From Microcoleus sp. CAWBG506 (GTDB lineage: Bacteria; Cyanobacteriota; Cyanobacteriia; Cyanobacteriales; Microcoleaceae): a stretch of DNA of 64,000 nucleotides. Positions 22,012 to 33,389 of the stretch are shown here, one piece after another; the stretch's first letter is position 1, and each line of letters opens with the position of its first letter. The stretch lies in assembly GCA_020883125.1 (NCBI GenBank), contig JAHREW010000029.1, positions 9,712-73,711 of the forward strand, given 5' to 3'. Made by a program: the position numbers and the translations under genes. Below the pieces are notes generated by a model. That model was given only the letters and a program-made list of their open reading frames with translations. It made no database searches and was not told the origin of the DNA.

Positions 22012-22932
22012 ATGGACTCATTAAAAGGGCGAGATTTATTAAGTCTAGCAGATTTAAGTATTGACGAATTAACTTATTTGTTAGACCTAGGTGCGAGCCT
22101 GAAGTCGGGAATGGTGAAGCTGAAACGAAATAAAGTGCTCGGCTTGTTATTTTCTAAAGCTTCAACGCGAACACGGGTGAGTTTTACGGTAGCAATGTAT
22201 AAATTGGGAGGTCAAGTTATTGACCTCAATCCTAATGTTACTCAAGTCAGCCGTGGGGAACCTTTGGTGGATACAGCCAGAGTATTAGACAGATATTTGG
22301 ACGTTTTAGCGATTAGGACTTTCGACCAAAAGGATTTAGTAACTTTTGCTAATTATGCAAAAATACCTGTAATTAATGCGCTGACTGATGACGAACACCC
22401 CTGTCAAGTATTGGCGGATTTAATGACAGTAAAAGAGTGTTTTGGGAAGTGGGAAGGGGTGACTTTGGCTTATTTTGGCGATGGCAATAATATGGCGAAT
22501 TCGCTGATGTTGGGCTGTGCAATGATGGGGATGAATGTGAGAATTGCTTGTCCTCAAGATTTTATGCCAAATCCTGAGATTGTGGAAAAGGCAAAGGCGA
22601 TTGCGAAGGGAAAAACAGAAGTTACAGTGACTACTGATGCCAAAGCTGCTACTAAGGAAGCTCAAGTAATTTATACTGATGTTTGGGCAAGTATGGGACA
22701 GGAAGAGGAAGCGACAAGCAGGATTCCTTTGTTTGAGCCTTTTCAGGTAAATGAAGAGTTGGTGGAGTTAGCAGATCCGAATGCGATTGTATTGCACTGT
22801 TTGCCGGCGCACCGAGATGAAGAGATTACGGATGGGGTAATTGAAGGGAGTCAATCGCGGGTTTGGGATCAGGCGGAAAATCGGATGCACGCTCAGCAAG
22901 CTTTGCTGGCCGCGATTCTCGAAAGCGATTAG
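22012..22932 (+). CDS. argF: Ornithine carbamoyltransferase
   Basis: STRTR; HPCQ; YTDVWASMGQ; LHCLP; start at ATG 22012. Confidence 0.96.
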   Translation: MDSLKGRDLLSLADLSIDELTYLLDLGASLKSGMVKLKRNKVLGLLFSKASTRTRVSFTVAMYKLGGQVIDLNPNVTQVSRGEPLVDTARVLDRYLDVLAIRTFDQKDLVTFANYAKIPVINALTDDEHPCQVLADLMTVKECFGKWEGVTLAYFGDGNNMANSLMLGCAMMGMNVRIACPQDFMPNPEIVEKAKAIAKGKTEVTVTTDAKAATKEAQVIYTDVWASMGQEEEATSRIPLFEPFQVNEELVELADPNAIVLHCLPAHRDEEITDGVIEGSQSRVWDQAENRMHAQQALLAAILESD

Positions 22933-23047
22933 AAATAGAGAAAAGAACAGAAGACTAGGGGCTTGAAACCACATCTACACAAACTAAAGATAATTTGTGG
23001 AACAGGCTCAAAAGCCTGGGGTGCATCTGTGTTTTGCAAATATATTC

Positions 23048-23122
23048 GTAGGGGCGAAGCATGACCGCTGTAAATCTCTGGTTATCACTAATAAATTGTC
23101 TGCGGTCATGCTTCGCCATTAC
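23048..23122. repeat. GTAG-type REP palindrome between convergent argF and clpB
   Basis: GGCGAAGCATGACCGC ... GCGGTCATGCTTCGCC inverted arms. Confidence 0.75.
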
Positions 23123-23159
23123 AAAATCGGGATGCTCCCAAAGCCTGTTCCTAACCAAG

Positions 23160-26093
23160 CTACAAACTGTTACCAACTAAGGCCGGACGAGACTCTATTT
23201 TGCGAAATTGCAAAGTATTATTTTCACAATCGATCGCAATTGTATCACCCTCCACAAACGCATTTTCCAGAATCTTATTAGCCAGTGGGTTTTCCAACTC
23301 CCGCTGAATAGCCCGTTTTAAAGGACGAGCACCATAAACGGGGTCGTAACCAACATCTGTGATATGGTTTTTGGCAGCATCCGACAGTTCCAAGGTAATC
23401 TTTTGTTCCGCCAACAACCGTTCAATTCGCTTGACTTGAATACTGACAATTTGTCGGAGTTCAGTTTTGCTCAAAGTGTGGAACAAAATTGTCTCATCCA
23501 CTCGATTTAGAAATTCCGGCCGGAAGTGCGATCGCAACGCATTCATCACCCGTTTTAACATTTGTTCGTACTCTTCATCAGTCTCCCGTTCAGAAATAGG
23601 TAAACTTTCCGGTTCCTGAGAAATGGGAGGATTCACAACATCAGAAACTCGCGAAGCCGAAATTTCAACCGTACCATCATCATCAACTTTATAGTTGGTC
23701 TTTTGACTGGAAAAATCAGGGACTTCCTGCTTGCGAACGGTAGTTTTTTTAGGTGTTTTTCCCTTCTTAGAAAAGACTTCTAAAATGTGGTCGCTACCGA
23801 TATTGCTAGTCATCACAATCACGGTATTTCTAAAGTCCACTAATCGACCTTGAGAATCGGTAATTCTGCCATCATCCAACACTTGTAGCAAAATGTTAAA
23901 TACATCCGGGTGTGCCTTTTCTACTTCATCAAATAACACCACTGAATAAGGATGTCTCCGGACTGCTTCGGAAAGTTGTCCCCCTTCATCGTAACCGACA
24001 TATCCGGGGGGAGCTCCTACTAACCGAGAGACGTTTTGCTTCTCCATATATTCGGACATATCGATGCGGACGATCGCGTCATCGCTATCAAATAAAAACT
24101 CCGCCAAAGCCCGCGCCAACTCAGTTTTGCCGACCCCTGTGGGGCCCATGAACAAGAAAGAACCGATCGGCCTTCCGGGGTCTTTCATGCCCGCACGAGC
24201 TCGCCGAATGGCGGCAGCAACGGCTGTCACAGCCTCCTGTTGACCGATTACCCGGTGGTGCAAATGCTTCTCCAATTGCAGCAATTTTTGGCGTTCCGAT
24301 TCCAGCAACCTGTTGACAGGAATCCCAGTCCATTTGGCGACAATTTCTGCAATATCACCCTCAGTAACTTTTTCGCGCAGTAGGGAAGAACCTTGAGATT
24401 GTTGTTTCAAAAGTTCGGCTTCTTTGGCTTCCCGATCGCGCACCGCAGTTTCCAATTTGCCGTATTTTAACTGGGCTGCTTTATTCAAATCGTAAGCCCT
24501 TTCGGCCTGTTCTATTTGCACTCGAAATTGGTCTTCTTCTGCTTTCAATTTATTGATGGCATCCAACAACTGTTTTTCGCCAGACCACTGAGAAGACAAT
24601 TTTTCCTGTTTGACTTTCAAAATGTCAATCTCAGTTTTGATGCGTTCGATGCGGGGGCCAATTCCCAAGGCTTGAGTACCTTTTCCCTCACCTTCGATGG
24701 ACAATTTTTCCATTTCCAACTGCATCACGCGGCGGTCGATCGCCTCCAATTCCACAGGTTTAGAAGTAATTTCCATTTTCAAGTGGGCGGCGGCTTCATC
24801 TACCAGGTCGATCGCCTTATCGGGCAAAAAGCGATCGGAAATATAGCGAAAAGACAAAGTTGCAGCAGCCACCAAGGCCGAATCAGTGATTTTTACCCCG
24901 TGGTGGCGTTCGTAACGGTCTTTCAATCCGCGCAAAATCGAAATAGTATCTTCAACGCTGGGTTCGCCGACAAATACTTGTTGAAAACGGCGTTCCAAAG
25001 CCGGGTCTTTTTCGATATGTTTGCGGAATTCGTCGAGAGTTGTAGCGCCGATACAGCGCAATTCGCCGCGGGCTAACATGGGTTTCAACAAATTGCCCGC
25101 ATCCATTCCGGAACCGGAACTACCGCCGCCACCAGTACCGACAACGGTGTGCAATTCGTCAATAAATAGGACTATTTGTCCGTCGGAATCGATGACTTCT
25201 CGCAGGACCGATCGCAGTCTTTCTTCAAATTCGCCCCGGAATTTTGCCCCAGCAATTAAACTGCCCATGTCAAGGCTAAATAGTTGGCGATTTTTCAAAG
25301 ATTCGGGGACGTCGCCGTTAACAATGCGCTGGGCCAAACCTTCGGCGATCGCAGTTTTGCCAACTCCGGGATCGCCAATTAATACCGGATTGTTTTTTTG
25401 GCGGCGGGAAAGAACTTGGACTACTCGGCGAATTTCTTCATCGCGGCCGATTACGGGGTCAAGTTTGCCTGCTTTTGCAGCTTCGGTTAAATCGCGGCCG
25501 TATTTACTCAGGGCGTCGGAGTTAGCTTCCCCGTCTCGATCGGGAGTTTTAGCGTTGCGGAGGCTGGGTTTGCTGGTTTCGGAATTTTTTTCTGGGACTT
25601 TTGCAGTAGCGCGGACAGATTTGATGGCTTCTTCGAGTTTTGGGCGATCGATCGTACCGGGTGCCGGTCTGCGATCGTAACCAGGGCGTCCCGGTGGCCC
25701 ATCGCCCCTAGTCAGCAAACGCCTACCAACTCGTTCATCTTCTATTAAGCCAATTAATAAATGTTCAATGGCGATAAAATTATCTTGCCAAGTCACTCTG
25801 GTGGCTTCGGCAACATCTAACATCACATCTAAGCCACGACCGAGGTAGAGTTGTTCAGCGTTGGTAACTCTCGGCTGTCGTTTGGCAAAGGCTTCTAACT
25901 GTTGCCCAAAGCGGGTGACATCTATTCCGGCAAAGCTGAGAATGGTGTTTGCTAAACCAAGCTGTTCTAGAATGGCGATCGCCAAATGTTCAACCTCTAG
26001 CTGCTGATTGGCAAAGCGGCGGGCTACATCCTGGGATTTTACAATGGATTCCCAGGCTTCATCGGTAAATTTGCTAGGGTCTGTTGGCTGCAC
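23160..26093 (-). CDS. clpB: ATP-dependent chaperone ClpB with low-complexity insertions
   Basis: Two AAA+ modules ([16 protein letters not shown]), middle coiled coil, Clp N-domain. Confidence 0.95.
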   Translation of the reverse strand: MQPTDPSKFTDEAWESIVKSQDVARRFANQQLEVEHLAIAILEQLGLANTILSFAGIDVTRFGQQLEAFAKRQPRVTNAEQLYLGRGLDVMLDVAEATRVTWQDNFIAIEHLLIGLIEDERVGRRLLTRGDGPPGRPGYDRRPAPGTIDRPKLEEAIKSVRATAKVPEKNSETSKPSLRNAKTPDRDGEANSDALSKYGRDLTEAAKAGKLDPVIGRDEEIRRVVQVLSRRQKNNPVLIGDPGVGKTAIAEGLAQRIVNGDVPESLKNRQLFSLDMGSLIAGAKFRGEFEERLRSVLREVIDSDGQIVLFIDELHTVVGTGGGGSSGSGMDAGNLLKPMLARGELRCIGATTLDEFRKHIEKDPALERRFQQVFVGEPSVEDTISILRGLKDRYERHHGVKITDSALVAAATLSFRYISDRFLPDKAIDLVDEAAAHLKMEITSKPVELEAIDRRVMQLEMEKLSIEGEGKGTQALGIGPRIERIKTEIDILKVKQEKLSSQWSGEKQLLDAINKLKAEEDQFRVQIEQAERAYDLNKAAQLKYGKLETAVRDREAKEAELLKQQSQGSSLLREKVTEGDIAEIVAKWTGIPVNRLLESERQKLLQLEKHLHHRVIGQQEAVTAVAAAIRRARAGMKDPGRPIGSFLFMGPTGVGKTELARALAEFLFDSDDAIVRIDMSEYMEKQNVSRLVGAPPGYVGYDEGGQLSEAVRRHPYSVVLFDEVEKAHPDVFNILLQVLDDGRITDSQGRLVDFRNTVIVMTSNIGSDHILEVFSKKGKTPKKTTVRKQEVPDFSSQKTNYKVDDDGTVEISASRVSDVVNPPISQEPESLPISERETDEEYEQMLKRVMNALRSHFRPEFLNRVDETILFHTLSKTELRQIVSIQVKRIERLLAEQKITLELSDAAKNHITDVGYDPVYGARPLKRAIQRELENPLANKILENAFVEGDTIAIDCENNTLQFRKIESRPALVGNSL

Positions 26094-26192
26094 TTTGGTT
26101 CCTCGTAATCACAGGGATTTTCATTATTATAAATAGCTTGTTCGGCTTTTTGAAGATATCACTATCACCCAATTTTTTATCTGCTGAGACTC

Positions 26193-27608
26193 ATGCTATT
26201 TCCCACTTACCAATTTTTAGTTTTTTTTCTGATTATCTTTAGTGCCATCCTATCTTTAAAACACCAAGTCAATTTATATAAAATTATTCTCCTACTTTCC
26301 AGCTTATTATTTTATTCATTTTGGAGTTTCGACTTTCTCCTGCTCCTAGTTTTAGGGACTGTCTACAATTATATCATTCTCCGGGCTGTTTGCAACGGAA
26401 AATATCAAAAACTTGCTTTAATATCCGGGATAATTTTCAACATTGCCAACCTCAGCATCTTCAAATATTGCAACTTTTTCGTAACTTCTCTATTTGACGT
26501 ACTCAACCAGCTAAAAATTCCCGCCAGTTTTCAAGTCTTGCAAATTCTCGTCCCCGTCGGCGTGTCATTCTACACATTTAGAATGATTTCCCATTTAATC
26601 GACTGCTACCAGAAAAAACTCTCCTGTCCAAAATTTATAGACTACGCCACCTACATCACCTACTTCCCCCAAATTGCCTCCGGGCCAATATCGCGAGCTC
26701 CAGAATTTTACTCCCAGCTAAATTCATCCAAAAAATACGACTATAAAATCGAAGAAGTTATAGTTTTAATTTTGTCAGGACTGTTTAAAAAGTATACTTT
26801 ATCCAGCTTTTTGTTTAACTTCACTCAATTACCATTCAAAGTCCCTCAACAGTATAGTAGCATTGATTTAATTCTCGCCGTAATTTCCTATTCCTGTTTG
26901 ATTTATGTAGATTTCAGTGGCTACTCAGATTTAGCCAACGGTATCTCCTGTTTGCTAGGTTTTAAACCTATTATCAATTTTAATATGCCTTACCAATCCT
27001 TAAGCCTCCAAGAGTTTTGGAAAAGGTGGCACATCAGTCTTTCCGAGTGGCTGAGAGATTACGCTTACATTCCGTTGGGTGGCAACAAACACGGCAAATT
27101 GAGAAAATATGTGAATTTATTGTGCACAATGGCGATCGGTGGATTTTGGCATGGTGCTGGTTTAAACTTTCTTGTCTGGGGTGCTATTCATGGCTTAGGA
27201 TTAGTGGTCAACCATTTATGCAGAGATATACCCCAAGCTATCCACTTCAAATTAGACTATTTATATCCGAAAACAGCGAGATTTTTGAGTTGGTTATTTA
27301 CTTTTAGTTTTGTCAGTGCTAGTTGGATATTTTTCGGCACTCCCAACTGGGAAACAGCGATCAATTTTTTCCAAGGGATTTTCCATTCTTCCGTAAAAAC
27401 TTTTCAGTTTAACTTGTGGCAATTATATTTAGTCATTGCAGTCATCGGCGTGATGAATTTTTGGGGCGATCGCATCGCCAAAATATTGCTGAGCGTATTT
27501 TCATTAAAAAACATTTTTTTTCGGGTTGTCTTAGTTTCCCTGTTCGTGTATGCTATTTTGATGCTGGGACCCAGTACCGTTCCGCCTTTTATATACTTTA
27601 ATTTCTAA
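26193..27608 (+). CDS. MBOAT O-acyltransferase (AlgI/PatA-like)
   Basis: PVGVSFYTF; DFSGYSD; FWKRWHISLSEWLRDY; GFWHGA. Confidence 0.92.
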   Translation: MLFPTYQFLVFFLIIFSAILSLKHQVNLYKIILLLSSLLFYSFWSFDFLLLLVLGTVYNYIILRAVCNGKYQKLALISGIIFNIANLSIFKYCNFFVTSLFDVLNQLKIPASFQVLQILVPVGVSFYTFRMISHLIDCYQKKLSCPKFIDYATYITYFPQIASGPISRAPEFYSQLNSSKKYDYKIEEVIVLILSGLFKKYTLSSFLFNFTQLPFKVPQQYSSIDLILAVISYSCLIYVDFSGYSDLANGISCLLGFKPIINFNMPYQSLSLQEFWKRWHISLSEWLRDYAYIPLGGNKHGKLRKYVNLLCTMAIGGFWHGAGLNFLVWGAIHGLGLVVNHLCRDIPQAIHFKLDYLYPKTARFLSWLFTFSFVSASWIFFGTPNWETAINFFQGIFHSSVKTFQFNLWQLYLVIAVIGVMNFWGDRIAKILLSVFSLKNIFFRVVLVSLFVYAILMLGPSTVPPFIYFNF

Positions 27609-27613
27609 GAAAT

Positions 27614-28594
27614 ATGAGAGACAGGGAAATTCTGCTAATCGCTACTTCTGTAATTCTAACTTTAATATTTACCAATCTCTCCTTATTTCTCAAAAGTTTT
27701 TCCTCAACCCCTTTCGCTAGTCCAGAAATAAAACAAGCAGCAAGGCAGATAGAACTAGAAGGTTTTAGGAAGTCGGAACAAGATTTTTGGAGCAAAATCA
27801 AAGATATTAACTTAGATAGCCTCCCAGTCAAGTCAGCAAAAAATCCGGTAGAAACAGCAAAAAAAACTGCCATACAACCCAAAAAAGAAACTCTAAAATC
27901 ACCTAAAAAAACCATCGCAGCCAAACCAAAACTGACCAGACCTTATCGCAAGTTTTTATTTATTGGAGATTCCGTAATGCTAGACTTAGGGACTCAACTT
28001 CAGTACAGTCTCAAGCAAAAGTATAATATTGCCGATACCAAAATTGACTACAAAGTATCCAGTGGCTTAAATCGGATAGATTATTATGATTGGTATGCCA
28101 GAACCAGTCAAATTATTAAGGATTATCAGCCCGATGTGGTGATTGTTTTATTTGGAGGTAATGACACTCAAGATATCGCTGATTTTCAAGGAAAATACCG
28201 GGTAATTTTGACTAAAGAATGGCAAAAAGCCTATCAAGAAAGAGTTGACAAATATGCCAAACTATTAAATAATTCCTCCGTGCGGAAAGTGTACTGGGTT
28301 GGTCAATCGAACTCTAACAAATCGGCGTACCTTGAGGCTTTTCCAATTATGAACAATATTTATAAAAATGCGATGAAAATTTCCCCAAAAATTACTTTTA
28401 TTTCAACTTGGGAAATTTTTGCAGAAGGTGGTAAATTTACTCCGGTAGTTGCTGACAAATCAGGGAAACGAGGCTATGTAAAATTGAATGATGGTTTGCA
28501 CTTTACCTCCCACGGAACTCAGATTATCAGCGACTTAATTGTTGACAAAATGGTGGCGGATCGAGTCTTACAAATTCCTAAAAAGCAACCGTAA
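27614..28594 (+). CDS. SGNH/GDSL hydrolase-like O-acetyltransferase partner (DUF459/PatB-like)
   Basis: N-terminal anchor; FIGDS, GGND and DGLH SGNH blocks; directly follows the MBOAT gene. Confidence 0.8.
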   Translation: MRDREILLIATSVILTLIFTNLSLFLKSFSSTPFASPEIKQAARQIELEGFRKSEQDFWSKIKDINLDSLPVKSAKNPVETAKKTAIQPKKETLKSPKKTIAAKPKLTRPYRKFLFIGDSVMLDLGTQLQYSLKQKYNIADTKIDYKVSSGLNRIDYYDWYARTSQIIKDYQPDVVIVLFGGNDTQDIADFQGKYRVILTKEWQKAYQERVDKYAKLLNNSSVRKVYWVGQSNSNKSAYLEAFPIMNNIYKNAMKISPKITFISTWEIFAEGGKFTPVVADKSGKRGYVKLNDGLHFTSHGTQIISDLIVDKMVADRVLQIPKKQP

Positions 28595-28690
28595 ATCAGA
28601 TTATGTAAATTGTGAAGGAGCCAGGCCGAGCAGTCTGGGTTCCCAGGCTGAGCCTGGGAAGGAGGAAAATGCTAGCGATCGAGCATTTTC

Positions 28691-29236
28691 CTATTTAGCT
28701 ACTGTTGTACCTACTTTGCTAGCGATCGCTGCTAAAGCGTTGCGGTTGCCTTGCAGAAGGGTGTTATTTTGCTTTACCATGCTGCCACTTAATTGTGGTG
28801 GAGCGGGCAATTTAACGCCTAATTTTTCAGCTATGGCGCGGACTATTTGCCGATTTCCCAACAATAATTTGTGGTTTTCTGTCGCTAAGTCACCACTGCC
28901 GGCTGCTGCAACGTTCGGTACAGTTGCACCTACTTTCTTAGCAATACTGGTAAAAATAGCTCGGTTTTGTAAGATTAGTTGTTGGTTAACTTGCAAAGCA
29001 TTGCTACCGGATGGCACTGCTTCGTCGCTAACTGCTGCACCTAGTTTAGTGGCAATATTTTTAGCAGTTTGGCGGTTTTGCAATAGCAAAGCCCGATTTT
29101 CCTGTATGATTGTTTGTTCGTTAGCTTCGGCAACAATTGTGTTGTTAGCAGTAGGTAATTGAATGAATTCACCAGCGCTGCCAAACAAGCCAGTGGCTAA
29201 TAAACCCGCACTTAAACCAACTATTAATTTAGACAT
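28691..29236 (-). CDS. Secreted hypothetical protein with four internal helical repeats
   Basis: Signal-like N-terminus; four copies of N..L(L/I)..NR.....IA.K(L/V)G. Confidence 0.75.
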   Translation of the reverse strand: MSKLIVGLSAGLLATGLFGSAGEFIQLPTANNTIVAEANEQTIIQENRALLLQNRQTAKNIATKLGAAVSDEAVPSGSNALQVNQQLILQNRAIFTSIAKKVGATVPNVAAAGSGDLATENHKLLLGNRQIVRAIAEKLGVKLPAPPQLSGSMVKQNNTLLQGNRNALAAIASKVGTTVAK

Positions 29237-29621
29237 TTTCTCCTACCTTGATATGTTTTTTGTAGATGTAACAATTTTTTTTGCGTCATCTAGCAAAAGG
29301 AATATATCAACAGCAGCGCAGGCAATTTGTAAAAAAAATTACATTTTGTGAATTTAAATGCAAAAATTGCAACGTTTGATTGCAGTTTTTTCAACCAGAA
29401 TGTTGCGATCGGAGATTCCGCACCCTCAACAATCACATATGTTAGTTAGCACTCTTAAATCATTACAAAATACTGTAGTGTAACAGACATTTCGCAAAAA
29501 GACAGTCTTTTGGAATACGCATCCTGCCTGTTCCAAAAGACTGTCGATTGGACGTTAAGTGGTCACCAATGGGCTGAGCCTGGGAACGAGGTATGAGGAA
29601 GAATGAGGGGAAACCCGGTTT

Positions 29622-30017
29622 CTAGTCGCATCGATTTTTCAGTTGCACTAATTCAACTTTATATCCATCGGGGTCTTCCACAAAGGCAATGACTGTTGAA
29701 CCGTGTTTCATGGGGCCTGGTTCGCGACTAACTTTACCGCCGCGAGTTCTAATTTCTTCGCAAGTGCCGTAAATGTCGTCAACCCCGATCGCAATATGAC
29801 CGTAAGCATTCCCTAAATTATACTCTTGAACGCCCCAGTTGTATGTTAATTCCAAAACTGTATGGTCTGATTCATCACCGTAGCCAACAAAAGCCAGACT
29901 AAATTTACCGTCGGGATAGTCTTTTTGTCGCAGCATTTTCATGCCCAGCACTTCGGTGTAAAATTTGAGGGACTCTTCTAAGTTTCCGACTCGGAGCATG
30001 GTGTGTAATAATTGCAT
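29622..30017 (-). CDS. gloA: Lactoylglutathione lyase (glyoxalase I)
   Basis: [18 protein letters not shown]; ELTYNWG; GHIAIGVDD; DPDGYKVE. Confidence 0.95.
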   Translation of the reverse strand: MQLLHTMLRVGNLEESLKFYTEVLGMKMLRQKDYPDGKFSLAFVGYGDESDHTVLELTYNWGVQEYNLGNAYGHIAIGVDDIYGTCEEIRTRGGKVSREPGPMKHGSTVIAFVEDPDGYKVELVQLKNRCD

Positions 30018-30177
30018 TTAGCTCACTCCAAATTTTTTAAGCTAGATTCAATTTTACCGATTTCTGGCGAAAAAAACTCGCGCGGGGAGTGTCAAAATTG
30101 CCACAGGTTGATAAATCTCTTTTCTGGAGTCGCTCAGAAGCCTACACCATACTGTACTCAGTTGGTGTAGGAGTATG

Positions 30178-30690
30178 TCACCTTTGTACTTCCACCACAC
30201 CCCGAAACATATTCATGCCACAAGTAAAGAGGTATCGGCCTGGTTTGTTAGGGGTGAATTCAATAGCCGTCACCTGATTTAGAGGTAATTGTCGTATAAT
30301 GTGAAATTCTGGTAATAACACTTTTTCCAGACAACTATTGGGGTCACGTCTCAAGAAATTGAGCCGGACTAATTGACCAGATTTCACAACTACATTGGCT
30401 GGTTCATAACCGCCATCTACAGTAATAGTTAACTCTTGTATCCCTTGAATTGATTCCGCTTGCTGCCCTTTAGCTTTACTGAACAAAAACCACCACAACT
30501 CCAAACCAATTAAGGTCAATCCACCTAGGGTGACACCCACTTTTAAACCTAAAGGCTGTTCAATAGTCTGAAATTGAGTGGTTGAATGAGAAGGTTCGAT
30601 AGACATTTTAGCAGCTTGAACTCCAGATGCCATTCCGATCGCAATTCCTACACTCGCGAGAGTTACCCAAATTTGACGAGGGTGCAACAT
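30178..30690 (-). CDS. Cupredoxin-domain protein (CupA-like)
   Basis: ITVDGGYEP; SCLEKV; FTCGMNMFRG. Confidence 0.88.
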   Translation of the reverse strand: MLHPRQIWVTLASVGIAIGMASGVQAAKMSIEPSHSTTQFQTIEQPLGLKVGVTLGGLTLIGLELWWFLFSKAKGQQAESIQGIQELTITVDGGYEPANVVVKSGQLVRLNFLRRDPNSCLEKVLLPEFHIIRQLPLNQVTAIEFTPNKPGRYLFTCGMNMFRGVVEVQR

Positions 30691-30708
30691 TTTTTTATTA
30701 CTCCTAAT

Positions 30709-32964
30709 TTAGGGGATATATTTGGGTTGAAAATTACGCAACCGCAAAGCATTAGTCAGGACGGAAACTGAACTAAAAGCCATGGCACCACCGGCGATGA
30801 TTGGACTTAGTAGCCAGCCAAAAATGGGATATAAAATACCTGCTGCGATCGGAATTCCAGCGATGTTGTAAATAAAGGCAAAAAACAGGTTTTCGCGGAT
30901 GTTGCGCATGGTGGCGCGCGACAGTTGAATGGCTGTAACTATTCCTTGCAAGTCTCCAGAAATTAGGGTTATGTCGCTCGCTGCGATCGCCACATCTGTC
31001 CCGGTACCGATCGCAATTCCCACATCCGCTAGGGCCAAAGCTGGAGCATCGTTGATTCCATCTCCCACCATCGCTACAATTTTGCCTTGTGCTTGCAGTG
31101 CTTGGATTTTAGCTGCTTTTTGGTCTGGTCTAACTTCTGCAAAAATGCGATCGATCCCAACAGCATGGGCGATGGACTCCGCAGTTGTGCGGTTGTCTCC
31201 TGTGAGCATCACCACTTCTAAACCCAGTTTTTGCAGTGCTTTCACCGCCCGCGCCGAAGACGGTTTGAGGGCATCGGCAATGCCCAGAATCGCCTCAATT
31301 TTGCCCTCCACAGCCATCCAAACCACAGTTTTACTTGCAGATTCCCAAGCTTTGGCGCGGAGTTCCAAATAATCAGTATCAAAGCCTAATTCCTGCATCC
31401 ATCTGAGTGTTCCCAGGGCGATCGACTTTCCCTCCACAACCCCCCGGACGCCACTTCCGGCGATCGCCTCAAAATCCTTAACATCTGTTAAAATTACCTC
31501 TTGAGATTCACCATATCTCACCACAGCTTCACCGACAGGATGCTCAGAATTTCGCTCCACAGACGCTGCCAATTTCAGCAGTTTTAATTCATTGCTGTTC
31601 GCGCTTCCTTTAATTGTGACAAAATCAGTGACAGTCGGCTTGCCTTCCGTGATAGTCCCAGTTTTATCTAACACAATGACTTGAATTTTATGAGCCAGTT
31701 CTAAACTCTCAGCTCCTTTAATTAAAACTCCATTTTCTGCACCTTTACCAGTCCCCACCATCACCGCCGTCGGAGTTGCCAAACCCAAAGCACAAGGACA
31801 GGCAATAATCAGCACTTCCACCATGGTAACTGTTGCCAAAGTCAAGTTTCCCGTCGCATTAAACCAAATGATAAAAGTAGCTAAAGCAATGGCTATTACG
31901 GCGGGAACAAACCAACCAGTCACCTCATCTGCCAACTTTTGAATCGGTGCTTTAGACCCCTGGGCATCCTGCACAATCTTGACAATTTGAGCTAAAAATG
32001 TATCCTGACCAATCCTAGTAGTACGAAACTTAAAGCTGCCAGTTTTGTTAATTGTCGAGCCGATAACTTCGTCACCCACTTGCTTTTTGACTGGCAAACT
32101 TTCCCCTGTTACCATTGCTTCATCTATGGTGGAATAGCCTTCAATCACCTCTCCATCTACGGGAATTTGTTCCCCTGGCCGCACCTGCACGATATCGCCA
32201 ATTTTCACTTGGGCTAATGGCACTTCCAACTCTTGCCCGTTGCGAACAATCAGAGCCGTTTTCGCTTGCAAACCCATGAGTTTCCGAATCGCCTCAGAAG
32301 TCTCTCCCTTCGCCCGATTCTCTAGGGTTTTACCAAGCAAAATAAGGGCAATCACACTCGCTGCAACTTCATAATAAACGCTGGGAATCAAACCCTGGGC
32401 TAGGAAAAATCCGGGAAAAAGTGTTACACATACAGAATAAAAGTAAGCAGAACTGGTTCCCAAAACAATCAGGGTATCCATTGTCGCTAGGCGGCGTTTT
32501 AGCGATTTCCACGCTCCTATATAAAATGAGTTACCACACCAGAATTGTACTGGTGCTGTCAGCACTAATTGCAGCCAAAAATTGTGCAGCCATCCGGGAA
32601 TAAATGGCAAATGCCAACCAGTCATAGCTGGAATGGAACCTGTAAATAGTAACAGGCTAATCATACCTGCTGTCCACAATTTACGTTGCAAAACTTGAGA
32701 TTCAGCTTGACGAGTTGCTTGCTCGGTGTCATCCTCGCCCTGGGTCATTTCTGGAAGCGGAAAAGCTTTGTATCCCGCCGCATCAACAGCTTCTTGAATT
32801 GTTGCTAAGCTGGTTTTTTGGGAGTCGTATTGGATGCTTGCTTGTTCCATGCCAAAGTTGACATTGCACTCAATGACACCGGGAACGGATTTAATTGCTT
32901 GTTCAATGGAAGAGGCACAGGAGGCACAACTCATGCCTTGGAGTTTGACTGTGAGATTATCCAT
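30709..32964 (-). CDS. pacS: Cu(I)-translocating P1B-type ATPase (PacS/CopA-like)
   Basis: GMSCASC metal-binding domain; TGES; [10 protein letters not shown]; DKTGT; GDGINDAP; YN and MAFSS TM motifs. Confidence 0.9.
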   Translation of the reverse strand: MDNLTVKLQGMSCASCASSIEQAIKSVPGVIECNVNFGMEQASIQYDSQKTSLATIQEAVDAAGYKAFPLPEMTQGEDDTEQATRQAESQVLQRKLWTAGMISLLLFTGSIPAMTGWHLPFIPGWLHNFWLQLVLTAPVQFWCGNSFYIGAWKSLKRRLATMDTLIVLGTSSAYFYSVCVTLFPGFFLAQGLIPSVYYEVAASVIALILLGKTLENRAKGETSEAIRKLMGLQAKTALIVRNGQELEVPLAQVKIGDIVQVRPGEQIPVDGEVIEGYSTIDEAMVTGESLPVKKQVGDEVIGSTINKTGSFKFRTTRIGQDTFLAQIVKIVQDAQGSKAPIQKLADEVTGWFVPAVIAIALATFIIWFNATGNLTLATVTMVEVLIIACPCALGLATPTAVMVGTGKGAENGVLIKGAESLELAHKIQVIVLDKTGTITEGKPTVTDFVTIKGSANSNELKLLKLAASVERNSEHPVGEAVVRYGESQEVILTDVKDFEAIAGSGVRGVVEGKSIALGTLRWMQELGFDTDYLELRAKAWESASKTVVWMAVEGKIEAILGIADALKPSSARAVKALQKLGLEVVMLTGDNRTTAESIAHAVGIDRIFAEVRPDQKAAKIQALQAQGKIVAMVGDGINDAPALALADVGIAIGTGTDVAIAASDITLISGDLQGIVTAIQLSRATMRNIRENLFFAFIYNIAGIPIAAGILYPIFGWLLSPIIAGGAMAFSSVSVLTNALRLRNFQPKYIP

Positions 32965-33017
32965 ATATTCACTCTCGAATTGGGAATAGGAAATTGGCCG
33001 TTGCTAAGATTCTGCGG

Positions 33018-33212
33018 TTAAAGCGCTGGATAACCAACAGAAGCGATGGCTTTTTTCAGTTCATTTTCTGGCTTCACGCTTTGAATTGTCACCAATTTCG
33101 TCTTAATATCTGCCTCAACAACTGCGGCTGGATCGACGGTTTTGACTGCTTGTGCGATCGTATTGGCACAAGCTGAACAAGCCATTTTGGGGACTTTTAA
33201 CTGTAGAGTCAT
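33018..33212 (-). CDS. atx1: Copper chaperone Atx1/CopZ
   Basis: 64 aa with MACSAC; directly upstream of the ATPase. Confidence 0.88.
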   Translation of the reverse strand: MTLQLKVPKMACSACANTIAQAVKTVDPAAVVEADIKTKLVTIQSVKPENELKKAIASVGYPAL

Positions 33213-33261
33213 AATTTTAACCTCAGCCTAAAATACTTTGCTGGATCTATTAATTAATTTC

Positions 33262-33293
33262 ATTATACAGTCTCCTGTTAGCAGAATAGTCAA
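33262..33293 (-). promoter_or_regulatory. MerR-type promoter of atx1-pacS-cupredoxin
   Basis: Minus strand TTGACT-20 bp (ATTCTGCT|AACAGGAG imperfect dyad)-TATAAT. Confidence 0.7.
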
Positions 33294-33322
33294 CTCAATT
33301 TTAGATTTGAGATCTTCACAAA

Positions 33323-33355
33323 TTTCATCCTAATTTCATATCTCCGTGACAAACT
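33323..33355 (+). promoter_or_regulatory. CopR-type box 1 with -10, upstream of copM-like gene
   Basis: TTTCAT-cctaa-TTTCAT, 10 nt, then (TGA)CAAACT. Confidence 0.85.
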
Positions 33356-33389
33356 AAAGATTGACGGCAATTTTAAAAATATAAAATCT

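Noticed and set aside
23575-23785. Intein or intron in ClpB
   Set aside because: No C/S start, His-Asn end or endonuclease motif; frame is open and composition is low-complexity
19422-25702. Long antisense ORFs over pgi and clpB (19795..20370, 24516..25076, 25021..25680)
   Set aside because: Fully overlap well-supported genes on the opposite strand and have no motifs
28539-29162. 207-aa + strand ORF
   Set aside because: Antisense to the repeat protein and passes through a REP; the minus-strand ORF has the signal peptide and repeat structure
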